From NCBI GenBank assembly GCA_002269645.1, contig NIVC01000302.1:502303-566302 (forward strand): a stretch of 64,000 nt of DNA. Direction: 5' to 3'. Of the stretch, positions 35,300-47,495 are shown one piece after another (position 1 is the first letter of the stretch; each line of letters opens with the position of its first letter). The translations under genes were made by a program, and so were the position numbers. The notes beneath the pieces were generated by a model. The model was not told the DNA's origin and did not search any database. It saw nothing but the letters and a program-made list of their open reading frames with translations. Source of the stretch: Macrostomum lignano. Taxonomy: Eukaryota.

Positions 35300-35644
35300 T
35301 GTCCGTGCTCTCGGGAGGGGGGAAAATGTTGTGTCGTGACTAGGAGCCCGTAAAAGGGCCGTTCGTCTAACTAACCTTTTCTTACTTTTTCTTACTACTC
35401 TACTTTAAGTAGTGCAGTTAATAAATTATTCGTATATTGTATTGTGAAACGTATTTTTAATCACGTGACATTTTGGCGGTTGAATTTATCGATCATGTAA
35501 CAATTTACTGTTAAATATCAAATATAAGCGCAGGTTGCCCTAAGTGGAGCTCGTACCTTTTTTTCCAGCAAAAAGTCTTACCTGCCACGTACTCGTGTTT
35601 CCTGTGTTAGTCTGTTGAGACACCACAGATTGCCATTGTCCAGA

Positions 35645-36235
35645 CTGACTTTTTCCTATATATTCTCTTCTCTGCTCTTATCTCTCCTCTCTGATCTTAT
35701 CTCCCCTCTCTGCTTTTATCGCTCCTCTTGGTGCTCTCATTTCTACTTTTCTCTCTCCTTTCTACTCTTATCTCTCTCACTGTTCTCCCATCTCTATTGT
35801 TATCTATCTTCCTTTTCCTTTTACTTCTCTCTCTACTTTCTTTCTCCTCTTATCTATTGTCTCTCCTCTACTTGTTCTTTCTTTTCTCTTTTCCCTTACC
35901 TCTCTGCTCTCATCTCTACTTTTATTTCTCTTATCATTTTTTCCTCTCCTTTCTCCTCTCACTATTTTCTCTACTCTTTCCCCCCCCCTTTCTCATCCCT
36001 ATTTATTGTCTTTTTTCTATCTATCCTTTTTTCTTTTCTTTTTCTTTTCCTCTTTGCTCTCGTTTTTCATCTTTTCTCTTTACTTTTGTCTCTATTATCT
36101 TTTTTCTCTCTTATTTTCTCTTTTCTTGCAATTACCTTATGCCTATGCTTATTTACTATTCTTTTTTCTTTACTATATATTCTATCTTTCTTTTTTCTCT
36201 TTCTTTCTCTCTTTTATTGTGTTCTCACATCTAAA
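35645..36235. repeat. CT-rich low-complexity tract
   Basis: About 600 bp nearly free of G; explains the F/L/S ORFs 35615-36254. Confidence 0.9.
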
Positions 36236-37146
36236 CTTTTGTAAATTATTTTAAGCTTTATTTAAGAAAAAATATAAATAAAGAATTTCTAACCATATAC
36301 TGATATAGCTTATAACCATGATCAATTTTATAATATTTCCTTTGATCTTTCTTCCTTACATCTTTTCCAAGAAACAGATATAAGTTAATTAAATCTAATT
36401 TGATTTAATCAATATTATCTCTAGGCCCTATCTAATTGCAGTTAATTAGGACTTTATTAAATTAAAAGTATACTCTGTTAAGCATATTAAAACTGTTTTT
36501 AATGCTATGCTTTTTCATATTTGAATCAAACAACTTGTATCCCCAAACTTAGCATTGCAAAATCTATCTAGAAATATAAGCTTCTCCTCTGAAGTTTAAA
36601 ACTTAAGGAACAATTAGTATTTTAAACTTCTTGATTTAAATCATTGGAGTATAAGTATACATTCACTGTCTACTATAGTAATAAAGGCTCACAAATCTAT
36701 TCAATTGAATTTCACTGCCTAGCTTTTTATATTATATTTCATAATATATCATTATAATATCAATATCATATTAGATTTCTAAAAGGGGGAACACACACTA
36801 GGCCTACTTAGAGTAAGGAGCTAAAAATATAAAAAATATCACATTGCATATATTTTTTTGCAGCGAAGGAAGTGAAGTGATTTTAAACTAAAGCTCATGA
36901 CCTTTGACAAAACAATGTTTGATCTAAATACAACATCGTATTGTGCCTCTTTAAGAATGAAAAAACAAGTAGTAGGCCTAAGTAAGTAAGTAGTAGTAAG
37001 TAATAAGTTGGCTCAGGCAAGAAGCCTGTTTGGCCAGTATATGTTAATGTATTTAATAATAATTCAAGATTAGAAGGAGATATTTATGCATAAGTACAAG
37101 TTTTGCAATAATATAGTATTTGAAAGAATGCCTAATTTTTTTGGCA

Positions 37147-37434
37147 ATGGCTAGAGTTCCGGCACCGGAACCCATTTTCCAATGGCTACAGATCCGGCAG
37201 AGCCATTATAATATAGATGGAACATTATATTCTTCTTTCTACAGGTGGCTGATATTGAGATTTTGTTCTAGATTAAAATTTAAGACAAAGACAATATGAT
37301 AAGATTTGGGACAAGATGCTTCTAATATTCAGACTTCTTAAGATATGTTCTTAGCAGTCTTTATATGCTTCTATACAGCACTGCTGGATCCCTAGCTGTT
37401 AGAAAACAGGCTCCGGTGCCGAAACTCTAGCCAT
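37147..37434. mobile_element. MITE with ~60-bp imperfect TIRs
   Basis: ATGGCTAGAGTTCCGGCACCGGA... mirrors ...TCCGGTGCCGAAACTCTAGCCAT. Confidence 0.7.
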
Positions 37435-38403
37435 GCCCATTACCAATTTTTTCTCTACGAAACTTCAAACAATCTTTAACGACTAATGAAGCAAAAAGTA
37501 TTTAAGTAAGGAATTAAAAAGCAAGTATTGTATGAACTCGATGTATAGCAATTCAATTGATCCCGTAGGTGACAAAAATAGTATATAGGTATTATTCAGA
37601 CAATTAAAAAAAATCAAATGTAAGGATTGCAGGCAATTATAAGGTATTAAAGATGAGGGATATTTTTATGGAGAAGAAGTAAATAACCAAAAATAGAGCG
37701 CTTAAAACAAAGTTTTAGATCGGCATTAAGTGTTTGCGATTAGAAAAATAATGATATCCAGATATACGCGTAGCGCACAGGTATTTTTGAACGAAGAGAA
37801 GCGAAACTAGAAGTAGTAGTAAATTTGGCCCAGGCAAGGAGCCTGTTTTGCCAATATTATACGATGTATTTAGTATTTGTTCACAAAGTTAAATATTTTT
37901 ACACGATCGCTGAAAACGAGTTACGATATTTGTATAAGTAAGGTATTTGAAAGAGCGTCTAGAATTTTTTACGGTTTTTTACGGTTTTTTTTCAAACGTT
38001 TCTTCGAAAGCTCATTTTAAAATTTTTGAGGACAAACAATGGAGAAAACAAACTTAATAAAAAAGTAAACTGTAATGTACATTGACTAATACCATTGTAC
38101 CGGAAAAATTAATAATAATAAAAATAATTTTTCCCTTTTTTCGTTAATTTTGACTAGATTGTCGTCGAATTTGTCCACGGTGACTCTTATCGACAACTTT
38201 AGTCAGGTAAGCACCCGATCGGCGATCACATATGGTGACATACATCGAGTAACTGACTATGTCTTACGTCTGTTTGATATAAGATTATAATAATAGGCTT
38301 ATATAGACTTTGAAGCCTACCATAACCATATTTGAACCAAACTGCGAGATTTTAGACACAGCACTGCCATCATAATTCAACATTGACAACAATTCAAGAC
38401 ATT

Positions 38404-38424
38404 ATGGATGAGCCTGCCGAGCCT
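38404..38424 (+). CDS. EIF2S2: Candidate eIF2-beta exon 1 (MDEPAEP) for copy 2
   Basis: ATG GAT GAG CCT GCC GAG CCT|gtaagc is a phase-0 donor compatible with the acceptor at 41470; vertebrate eIF2-beta likewise has a few residues before MIFDP. Confidence 0.5.
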
Positions 38425-38787
38425 GTAAGCATTGTTATTTTTTAAACCAAGCCTAGCTTGCTTGAGCGTTGAGCTTAAGATAAATAGGGTAAAAAGAAAT
38501 TATGTTAAATAATTTCTAGTTATTTGATGTTTGGCAATGGCAATAGGCCTATCTAGGCCTATTCCACATTTAGAAAATTATAGCCATAGGCTAGGCAGCC
38601 TAGGCCTAGGTCTAATTATACCATGTATGCTAGATAGGCCTATTTCTAACATCTTATTTGTAATTTCTACCTTGCCCTAGCTAGGCCTATATTTATGATA
38701 TTGATAGCTAACATATATGCCTGAATTTTGGTATATTAATATAGCATGCACTTTGTGATACACATATTTATTAAGGACCATAGTCTA

Positions 38788-39642
38788 GATGGGATGGAAG
38801 GCCCATCACAAGCTCAAGAAATCATATTGTCAAAAAGCATCCACTATCACAAGCTTGAAAAGTCATAAGCTTGAAAAATCATATCATCAAAAAAATTAGA
38901 GCCAATACTATCACAAGCTCAAAAACTCATAAGCTCGAAAAATAACATCGTCAAAAACTGATTTAGCAACCCACAAGCTCGACTTTAAGCTCAAAAAATC
39001 ATATTGTCAAAAAGTTTAGCAACCACTATCACAAGCTTGAAAAGTCATAAGCTCAAAAAATCACATTGTCAAAAACTGATTTAGCAGTCACTATCACAAG
39101 CTCAAAAAGTCATAAGTTTGAAAAATCACATTGTCAAAAAGTTTTAGCAACCATCATAACAAGCTCAAAAAGTTATAAGCTCAAAAAATCATAAGCTCAA
39201 AAATTCACAAGCTCGAAAAGTCACATCGTCGAAAAGGTTAGTAACTACCATCACAAGCTTGAATAGGGTTAGGGTTAGAGCTTATGCCTTAGGGTTAGGG
39301 CTTAGGGTTAAGTTTAAGGTTGGGGTTAGAACTTGTGCCCTAAGGTTAGGGTTTAGGGTTAGGGTCAAGGTAAGAACTAGTGCCTTTAAGTTAGGGTTTA
39401 GGTTTAGGTTAGGGTTGGGATTAGGGTTAAGGTAATAGTTCAGGGTTAGGCAGGGTACTAGTGCCTTAGAGTTAGGGTTAGTGCCTTTGGGTTAGGGTTA
39501 GAGCTTGTGCCTTTTTGAGCTTGTGATGATGTTTGCTAAACTTTTTGACAATGTGATTTTTTTAAGCTTGTGACTTTTCAAGCTTGTGATAGAGCCTTGT
39601 TTTTGACAATGTGATTTTTCGAGTTTATAATGGCAACCCATC
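38788..39642. mobile_element. Non-autonomous DNA element with TA flanks, inverted subterminal repeats and an internal TTAGGG-like tract
   Basis: TCTA|GATGGG ... CCCATC|TAGA; ACAAGCTC/TTGTCAAAAA repeats on the left mirror GAGCTTGT/TTTTTGACAA on the right; degenerate GGGTTA at 39263-39500. Confidence 0.65.
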
Positions 39643-41470
39643 TAGATCATGGCAAGTAGATATAGCCTAGGGCCTAGGGGCCTACTTAGTAGGCCTAATG
39701 AAAATTATTGTTTTTTGATATTATTCCAATATAAAAAATAACCCAGAGGTCAAAAATAAAGTTGCTGTATGCAAAATTAGTATTGCATACAGCAATACTA
39801 ATTTTTAGTATAAAATTTAAAAATTAGTATAAAAAATTTGAAACAAAATATCTTTTTTTTATAAAATATTTTTTGTCTTTGAGGGTTTTCTAATTTCCAA
39901 TAAATATTTTGATAAACATTCAAAACAATTGTCTGTAACTTTTAACAAAAGTTGACTTGCTTCAACTATTTTTAGCAAATATTTGTGCAATTGTTTGATA
40001 TCAAATGAGCTTTGATTTATTTTTATTAAATAAAATGAAAAATCTTTTTAAGATACATTGATTCAATATTGCTTAGCAACATATATGCGCAACCCCCCTG
40101 ATTTACACTGGCCATGCGACTTACTTTTTTGACCAAAAATGCAACTTACCTGTAAATGCAATTATGGGTAAACGGCAGGAGTAACTATGACTGTCTTATA
40201 AGGCTAAATGCCTCGTCATCTAATTAGTACTATGTCTATTTTTAAGCTTGGCATTATTGCAACTTACCCCTGGTCCACCACAATTTATGGTGGCCAAATC
40301 GGCCAGGTCGGCCAGCAGTTGTGCATGTTATGCTTAGCAACACTCTGATTGGTAATATGGTAATATCACTTTACCATTAGGGCCTAACTGAAATTGTTTG
40401 AAGCATAGTAGCCTAAACATAAATGCTAGTTTATCCAAGTGATTTAAAATTTATTGAGTAACAAATAAAAAAAGCAAGCTTATATATAAAAGACTACGAA
40501 AAGCAGAAAAAGTAAGAAGTTTCTTCTTCCAAGAAATTTGAAAATTGAAAGCTAATTAATTATTAAAATATAAAAAAGAAGGTTGTTTCAATTGCACTGT
40601 CAGGCACAATAGAAAGTTATAAAAGATTGCTAATATACATTATATATATAGTATAGAAATAAATCAAGTATAAATGCTTATATGTAGATATAGGCAAGAA
40701 TTACTTTATATTTTAATAATGAAAGCAATAAGTAAGAAGATTTGTTAATATTGCATGGTCATCCTCATAAACAAAAAATTATTTAGGCATATAGGTAGAT
40801 TTAATTATAATATAACTTCTTGTCAAATATATAAAGTACAATAAAACATTAGCAAACTCTAACTTTTATTAATGTGAAAAAGTTAGCAGTAGTACTTTCA
40901 GTAGTGATTAAGTATTGTTAGTCTTTGTAAAAGATTAAATATAATCCTACAAAGGCAATCGAGTGTTTGTTTTATTTTCTACCTTAATTTGCAGTTTTTT
41001 AAGCACCAGGATATCTTCCAGGTTCAAAATATTTGGTTTCCTAGATTTTTTGTTAAAACTACAGCTATGGCTCTATGGGAATATGAGAATCTTGGGGTCC
41101 CCATGGCTATGGAATACAGAGAATTGGAATAAGCCATAGTTTTTGTTTATGGCTATGGCACATGGACCCTCCTTATGGCAGAACACTACCTTTGTATCTC
41201 AAAATATGTTATAAAGTTGCAGAAAAATACTCTGTGAAAATACATTGTTGGTACAAGTATATATTTTAAATACTATACCCAAGCTTTTATGGATACAAAA
41301 ATGTGAAGTTGTATTCTTATCAAATTTTGTCAATTAGTTAATTAGAATGTAGCTGAGTGGTCTTAGCACTGTAATACTCAAAAGCATTGCCCGTGTCACT
41401 TTTAAGCGACTAATAATTATGATTTATGATTGTTTGCCATGCCTTTCGCTCCCCTGTTTGACTCGCGCAG

Positions 41471-42172
41471 ATGTTCGACCCGAGCATAAAAAAGAAGAAG
41501 AATAAGAAGAAGGAGCTGGCCGAGGAGACCCCAGCAGTGGATGAGGAGCTTGAAGCAGACTTTAACCTCGAAACAAAGAAGAAGAAGAAGCCGCCGAAGG
41601 AGCGACCCGCGGCGACGGCTGAGCAGCCTGAGGAGGACGGAGGCCAAGGCGCGGCGTCAGCTGTGGAGGGAGATGGAAGCGAGGACAAGGATTACAGCTA
41701 CAGCGAGCTGCTCAGCCGGGCCTTCCGCGCCATGATGGAGCGGAACCCGGATATGCTGTCGGAGAAGAAGAAGGTGGTGATGAAGCCTCCGTCTCTGATG
41801 CGAGTTGGAACCAAGAAGACCGCCTTTGCCAACTTCACGGAGATCAGCAAGCAGATTCGAAGGAAGCCGGACCACCTGTTGGCTTACCTTCTAACTGAGC
41901 TGGGCACCACCGGGTCGGTTGATGGGAACAACCAGCTCATTATTAAGGGCAGATTCCAGACTAAGAACATTGAATCGGTGCTGCGCTCGTACATCAAGGA
42001 GTACGTGATGTGCCACACGTGCCGGTCTCACGACACTGAGCTCGTTAAGGAGACTCGGCTGTTCTTCCTGCAGTGCAGCACCTGCGGCAGTCGGTGCTCA
42101 GTTGCCAGCATCAAGTCTGGATTTCAGGCCCAGGTGGGCAGGAGAGCTGCGCAGAGGGCCAAGGCCACGTGA
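41471..42172 (+). CDS. EIF2S2: Translation initiation factor eIF2 beta subunit, main exon (copy 2)
   Basis: The 233-aa translation is identical to copy 1; same cgcag|ATG acceptor. Confidence 0.95.
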   Translation: MFDPSIKKKKNKKKELAEETPAVDEELEADFNLETKKKKKPPKERPAATAEQPEEDGGQGAASAVEGDGSEDKDYSYSELLSRAFRAMMERNPDMLSEKKKVVMKPPSLMRVGTKKTAFANFTEISKQIRRKPDHLLAYLLTELGTTGSVDGNNQLIIKGRFQTKNIESVLRSYIKEYVMCHTCRSHDTELVKETRLFFLQCSTCGSRCSVASIKSGFQAQVGRRAAQRAKAT

Positions 42173-42528
42173 CACTGTGTTAGGGAGAATAGCTGGATAA
42201 TGAGGGCATTGCTCTGTGTATGAAGATGGTTGCTGACTGATTGATTGTCCATGTCTTGTGCTGCATGAACTTGACTGCTGGCGGGTGAACTTTATGTGGC
42301 AATGTTGGGCTCAAATATGTACATCGTCATCAGTTGAATGATTAAGTGTCTGGATGGCAAATATAAGCTGAGAAGTCATTGTCAGAAGTGAAGCTGTTAA
42401 GTGGATGGGTATAAGTTATCTATTCAGTGCATATTTGCTGTCAAACTGCAATAAACTTGCTGTTTAATTGGTTGTTGCTTTTATCAAATTTGACCGGCTT
42501 CGGAGTCTTAAGACCTGGGTGCGATCTC

Positions 42529-42803
42529 CAGCTGTGAGATTTGTGACTTCGATCCTCAGCTGTGAGATTTGTGGCTTTGATCCTCAGTTGTGAGATTTGT
42601 GGCTTCGATCCTCAGCTGTGAGATTTGTGGCTTTGATCCTCAGTTGTGAGATTTGCGTCTTCGATCATCAGCTGTGAGATTTGTGGCTTCGATCCTCAGT
42701 TGTAAGATTTGTGGCTTCGATAATCAGCTGTGAGATTTGTGGCTTCGATCCTCAGTTGTAAGATTTGTGGCTTCGATCATCAGCTGTGAGATTTGTGGCT
42801 TCG
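42529..42803. repeat. 28-bp satellite (reverse complement of 17427-20116), about 10 units
   Basis: GCTGTGAGATTTGTGGCTTCGATCCTCA units directly after the eIF2-beta 3' region. Confidence 0.95.
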
Positions 42804-43434
42804 TGTGTTGGTGTTATTGGTTGGCTTTCTAGCTTGCTGTTGCTATTTTTCATCTGATATACAAGACCGTACCAGTCCGATTCAGTTGAAGGAAGTTTAA
42901 TTTGTCCATTTAATTTATGCGTCGTGCATGTTGGATCAAATTAGCTATTTTGTTTGCTTTACTTACTGGGCTGCGCTGTCTCAAATTAACTACTCTCGAA
43001 TGCATCTTTTCATTCTATGTGTTATAAATTCTGCTTGGTCCAACCTATTTCGATTATCTTCGTAGCCCTAACAGAACTTTGAAAGCGTTATGACATTATG
43101 AAAGTTGAAAGTGTGTTATAACATCGGTGTCATTTTAATTAATAATAATGCGAATTTGAATGTATTCCGATTAACAAAATATAGTGTTTGCACATGCGGA
43201 TTTATTTTCGTGCTGCCCTGTGTAGTCTTGTGGATCTGAGTTGGACATTTGTTAGGCGTTGTTCGCTGCTTTAGTTACTCTTAGTAGCATAAGTTAAGTT
43301 ACGCCCCATTTCATTCCATACTTATATTTTTAAGTATATCTACGAGATATTGTAATATGTTTTTGGTTCCACGACAAACCAATGCTTTAGAAGTACGAGT
43401 ATAGCTGAAGGCAAAGTTGACTGTGTAATCAACC

Positions 43435-44215
43435 CTAGATCAACTGAGTGATTCCCATGGACCTTGCAACAACTGAGTGATTCCCATGGACCTTGCAACA
43501 ACTGAGTGATTCCCATGGACCCTGCAACAACTGAGTGATTCCCATGGACCTTGCAACAACTGAGTGATTCCCATGGACCTTGCAACAACTGAGTGATTCC
43601 CATGGACCTTGCAACAACTTATTGATTTCCCATAGACCCTGCCACAACTAAGTGATTCCCATGGACCCTGTAACAACTAAGTGATTCCCATGGACCCTGT
43701 AACAACTGAGTGATTCCCATGGACCCTGCCACAACTAAGTGATTCCCATGGACCCTGCCACAACTAAGTGATTCCCATGGACCCTGTAACAACTGAGTGA
43801 TTCCCATGGACCCTGTAACAACTAAGTGATTCCCATGGACCCTGTAACAACTGAGTGATTCCCATGGACCCTGCCACAACTAAGTGATTCCCATGGACCC
43901 TGCCACAACTAAGTGATTCCCATGGACCCTGTAACAACTGAGTGATTCCCATGGACCCTGCCACAACTAAGTGATTCCCAAGGACCCTGCAACAACTGGG
44001 TGATTCCCATGGACCCTGCCACAACTAAGTGATTCCCATGGACCCTGCCACAACTAAGTGATTCCCAAGGACCCTGCAACAACTGGGTGATTCCCATGGA
44101 CCCTGCAACAACTGGGTGATTCCAATGGAAATTGCAACAACTGAGTGATTCCAATTGAAATTGCAACAACTGAGTGATTCCAATGGAAATTGCAACAACT
44201 GAGTAGTTTTCCTAC
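43435..44215. repeat. 29-bp minisatellite (CAACTGAGTGATTCCCATGGACCTTGCAA)n
   Basis: About 27 units; variants change gradually along the array. Confidence 0.95.
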
Positions 44216-45476
44216 CAACGGAGTTATTTCCAATTAAAAAATTGCAGTTTGCCAATGAGAAAGTTAAAACAATGACCAAATTCAAACCTGGAATACAAAT
44301 TCACTGTGCATGGTTACAAAACCAAAACTTCACAAAGCCTACATGTAAATCTTTTTCTTAATGATTTAGGATATTGAGGTACGGTTTATGAAGATAAGGT
44401 TGGTGAAAGTGAATGCTAATTGGATTTAGACAAAAAAATCAGCACCCCGTTCTATACGTGTATTCACTTTTATAATGCCACTACACTAGCTTTCTGTTGG
44501 CCTTTGAGAGAAATGCATGGACCACTGAGTTATCTGGAATGGAATCGAGTCGAAAAGGTTTAGTGTTTAGTATTTAAATTTGAAGTTTAGTGTGTTTAGC
44601 AGCTAATAAAGAAAAAAACTTGCAATCTAATGACTTATATTATTCGGTCTTTTAGATTAGGATGTCTCTAAATAAAATAAATTTTATTTATTGGATCAGA
44701 AGGTAAGAACTCTTTTATTATTACAAAACAGCAGATTCAGTACCTGTCTAGTGTTTATTCTGTGCTCTCTCCCGGCTCGCTTTCAGTCTAGAAGCGGTTA
44801 AGACTAAAGGGATCCCTGGAAAATACTTATCGAATCCTTAAATAGCCTATCGGACAAAAATCTACATCTGCATGACGCATTGATGTGCCAACTGGCCTTT
44901 TATTTATAGAATGAAAAGAACCTATAACATTTTTGACAATGCCCTTAATTAGTAGCGCGCTCTCTTGCATAGCTTGAAACACCTGGTGCCGGGCATCGTT
45001 GTTAGCCATGTTCTCAGATCGTAACTCGGAAGCAGGGCCAAACGACACCAACTGTATAATTATAGAACTTCTTCTGTACTTGAGAACATTGCAAATTAAC
45101 CTTTACACGCCTGCATTGCTTCTAAGGACGGGAAACTATAAGTTTCTAGGAAAGTTTTCCAAGAACGTCTACGTAAGATATAAAATTAACATAAAATCCT
45201 TATTTTTCTAAACGGGAAGCTCTACTAATATCAGAGTATAAGAAACAATTAATGTCAAAACATTAACATCGGGTCTGCAGCTGCTATCAAAAGAAATGCT
45301 TTGTGAGGAAAAAATGAAAATCTCCATTCTGTAACATGCACAGTTCTTAATCAGTAACGAGTATGAGTGTACAAGTGTGTATACGTTGAAGTGTCCGTTT
45401 TGTGGTTGGTTTGTCTATCAGATTTTATCGCGATCATCAGAATTTGGATTTATCGGTGGTCAAAAAGTGCGTAGTG

Positions 45477-45730
45477 CGAGGGGTGTTTCAAAAGTAACGA
45501 GAATTTTGTTATAACTTTTGATTGGATAAACGTCTGTTGCGTTCAGCTATATAAGGCTTAAAATAAAGCTATTAGTTGTTCATATGTGTGAAATCGTTGG
45601 GTGAAAATTTCAGGTGCATGCGTTCATCCAATCAAAAGTTATAACCACAGATACTATATAACTATATAACCACAGTTATATAATATCTGTGGTTATAACA
45701 AAATTCTCGTTACTTTTGAAATACCCCTCG
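45477..45730. mobile_element. Mariner-type MITE
   Basis: 39-bp TIR CGAGGGGT(G/A)TTTCAAAAGTAACGAGAATTTTGTTATAAC with one mismatch; TA on the right flank, TG on the left. Confidence 0.85.
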
Positions 45731-45898
45731 TATAAAGACGCTCATTTTGTATCAATCCTGCAGAAAGCTATGATTTCATATAATAGTTAAATGTATTTTT
45801 GTAAGAAAATTATTTATTCTGCTGCTGCTGACGGCTCTGACAATTGACTGCCGAACCCAACCCTAATTCCTAATCCTAAACCATAACCCCAACTAAAA

Positions 45899-46640
45899 CA
45901 ACAACAACAAGGTTCCCGCCGGCCATGCAGTAGCCAGAAAGGGGGGAGCAGTCAGAAAGCGCGTCTCTGGGCCATTGCCCTCAGGAAGTCGCATCCCCCT
46001 GCTTGGTCCGGGGCGCCAGCGTCACTCAGAAGTCGGTCAGGGTATCGCACCGATGGCCTCGCCTCCGCGGTCCCTGCAGCTTGAGCAGCAGCACGTCGTG
46101 TAGCGGCTCAGGACAGCGGGCCTCCGACCGGATGACATGGCCAGCCAGTCGAAGTCGCCGCCCGCGCAGCAGGTCAGAAGGCCGCGTCAGGCTCGCCCTA
46201 GTGTAGAGCGCGGCATTGGTCTCGCTGCCTGGGCCGCTGCGCACTCCGAAAGCCGCACGCAGCATTGCCGCATGCGCAGCGTCCAGCTGCCTCTCCAAGG
46301 CGTCCGTCAGGGTCCAAGTCTCGGCGTTGTACAACAGGGGCGCGACCTCCCGGCGCCTGGCGAGCGAACTGCACAACGTCGTTGCTGGTCACTGGCTGGG
46401 TGTCGAAATCTTCCTGCGACGGCAGCGCCGTCTCAAGCGGCAGTAGCATCACTTCTGGCAGAGGCGGTGGCGGTGCGTTGACGATATCGGCGAAGAAGTC
46501 GCGTAGCTCATTTCTGCGCGCTTCTGGCGTGTCGCCGGTCAAGTTTAGCACCGTTTTCTTCTTGCGACCAGTCAAGGCGTTGATTGTCGGCCATACTAGC
46601 CGATTCCGTTGGTCGAGCCCTGCGGAGGTGACGCTTTGAA
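45899..46640 (-). mobile_element. 5'-truncated, internally deleted RTE-clade non-LTR retrotransposon
   Basis: 11-bp TSD CCCAACTAAAA at 45888-45898 and 46641-46651; (TTG)n tail; pre-RT segment (...FADIVNAP...GGRAP) abuts the RTE C-terminal LLYNAETWTL...RRLRLAGHVIR. Confidence 0.85.
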
Positions 46641-46970
46641 CCCAACTAAAAACTAACCCCTAATCCCAAAACTAACTTGAACCCTAAGCCTAAACAAAAT
46701 CGATGGCAGACAAGTATTACTTCTCAGTACGAAGGTAACAGCCTGTCCTGTTGTAAAATTGTCAGTGCCAGTCAGCATTCAAAAGTGACGTCACTCTAGG
46801 CATCCTTGATCACCAGCCGGTTGATGAACGCTTTTGGAGCAGCCGTTGCCTGTTTTAACTGTTCAGCATTCTGCGGGGCAACCCTGCTGAACACTTCGCT
46901 TTACGAGTCCCAGACATGCCCGATGGGGTACTGTACATGTTTGGAGAGACTTTGACGGCTGTGAACTTAA

Positions 46971-47495
46971 GAGGATGTGAACTTAAGAGGATGTGAACTT
47001 AAGAGGATGTGAACTTAAGAGTCAAAATTCGGTCCCGATTTCTCTACGCCAATCCTTTCATTCGGAGCCAACTAGCTCCTGCTATGGCTAAAACCGACCA
47101 CTTTAGAATTTGGGGATCTCTATGGGGAAAAATGGGGATTTCATGTGATCGGAAAACTTTCTGTGTTATTTTGAGTTTAATATGTTTTCATTGTATTTTT
47201 TTTCAGGACCCTCTAGTATACAAAAATTTATGAAAGATTGTACTAAAACTTGACGTTAGTTACATGAGAATGATTCAGGGTATGCACGTTTAGGATAGCA
47301 TAAACATTATTAATTAAGAGATAACATAATGGTGGCATAACATAACATTACTATCGCTCCTATTCTTCCTTACAAACATATAAAAAGAGCGTTATCATGG
47401 TCATCTCGTCATTTAAGCATTTGAAACTCCAAATGAAGGGATTGGCGTAGAGAAATTTTTCGGGCTCTATTTTAACTCAAAAGTTCACATCCTCT
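46971..47495. mobile_element. TIR element (~65-bp imperfect TIRs) with a triplicated left terminus
   Basis: GAGGATGTGAACTTAA x3 then ...ATTTCTCTACGCCAATCC; mirrored by GGATTGGCGTAGAGAAAT...AGTTCACATCCTC. Confidence 0.7.

Larger units (their letters stand above)
30725..35627 (+). mobile_element. Full-length Ty3/Gypsy LTR retrotransposon (Mag/K02A2.6-like), disrupted
   Basis: TG...CA LTRs at 30725-31009 and 35327-35627; 5-bp TSD GATTG at 30720-30724 and 35628-35632; PBS 31011-31024; PPT GGGAGGGGGGAAAA at 35313-35326; domain order gag-PR-RT-RH-INT. Confidence 0.96.

Noticed and set aside
35615-36254. Hydrophobic F/L/S ORFs resembling membrane proteins
   Set aside because: Produced by a CT-rich low-complexity tract.
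39263-39500. True telomere or chromosome fusion site
   Set aside because: The repeats are highly degenerate, single-orientation and enclosed within a TIR element.
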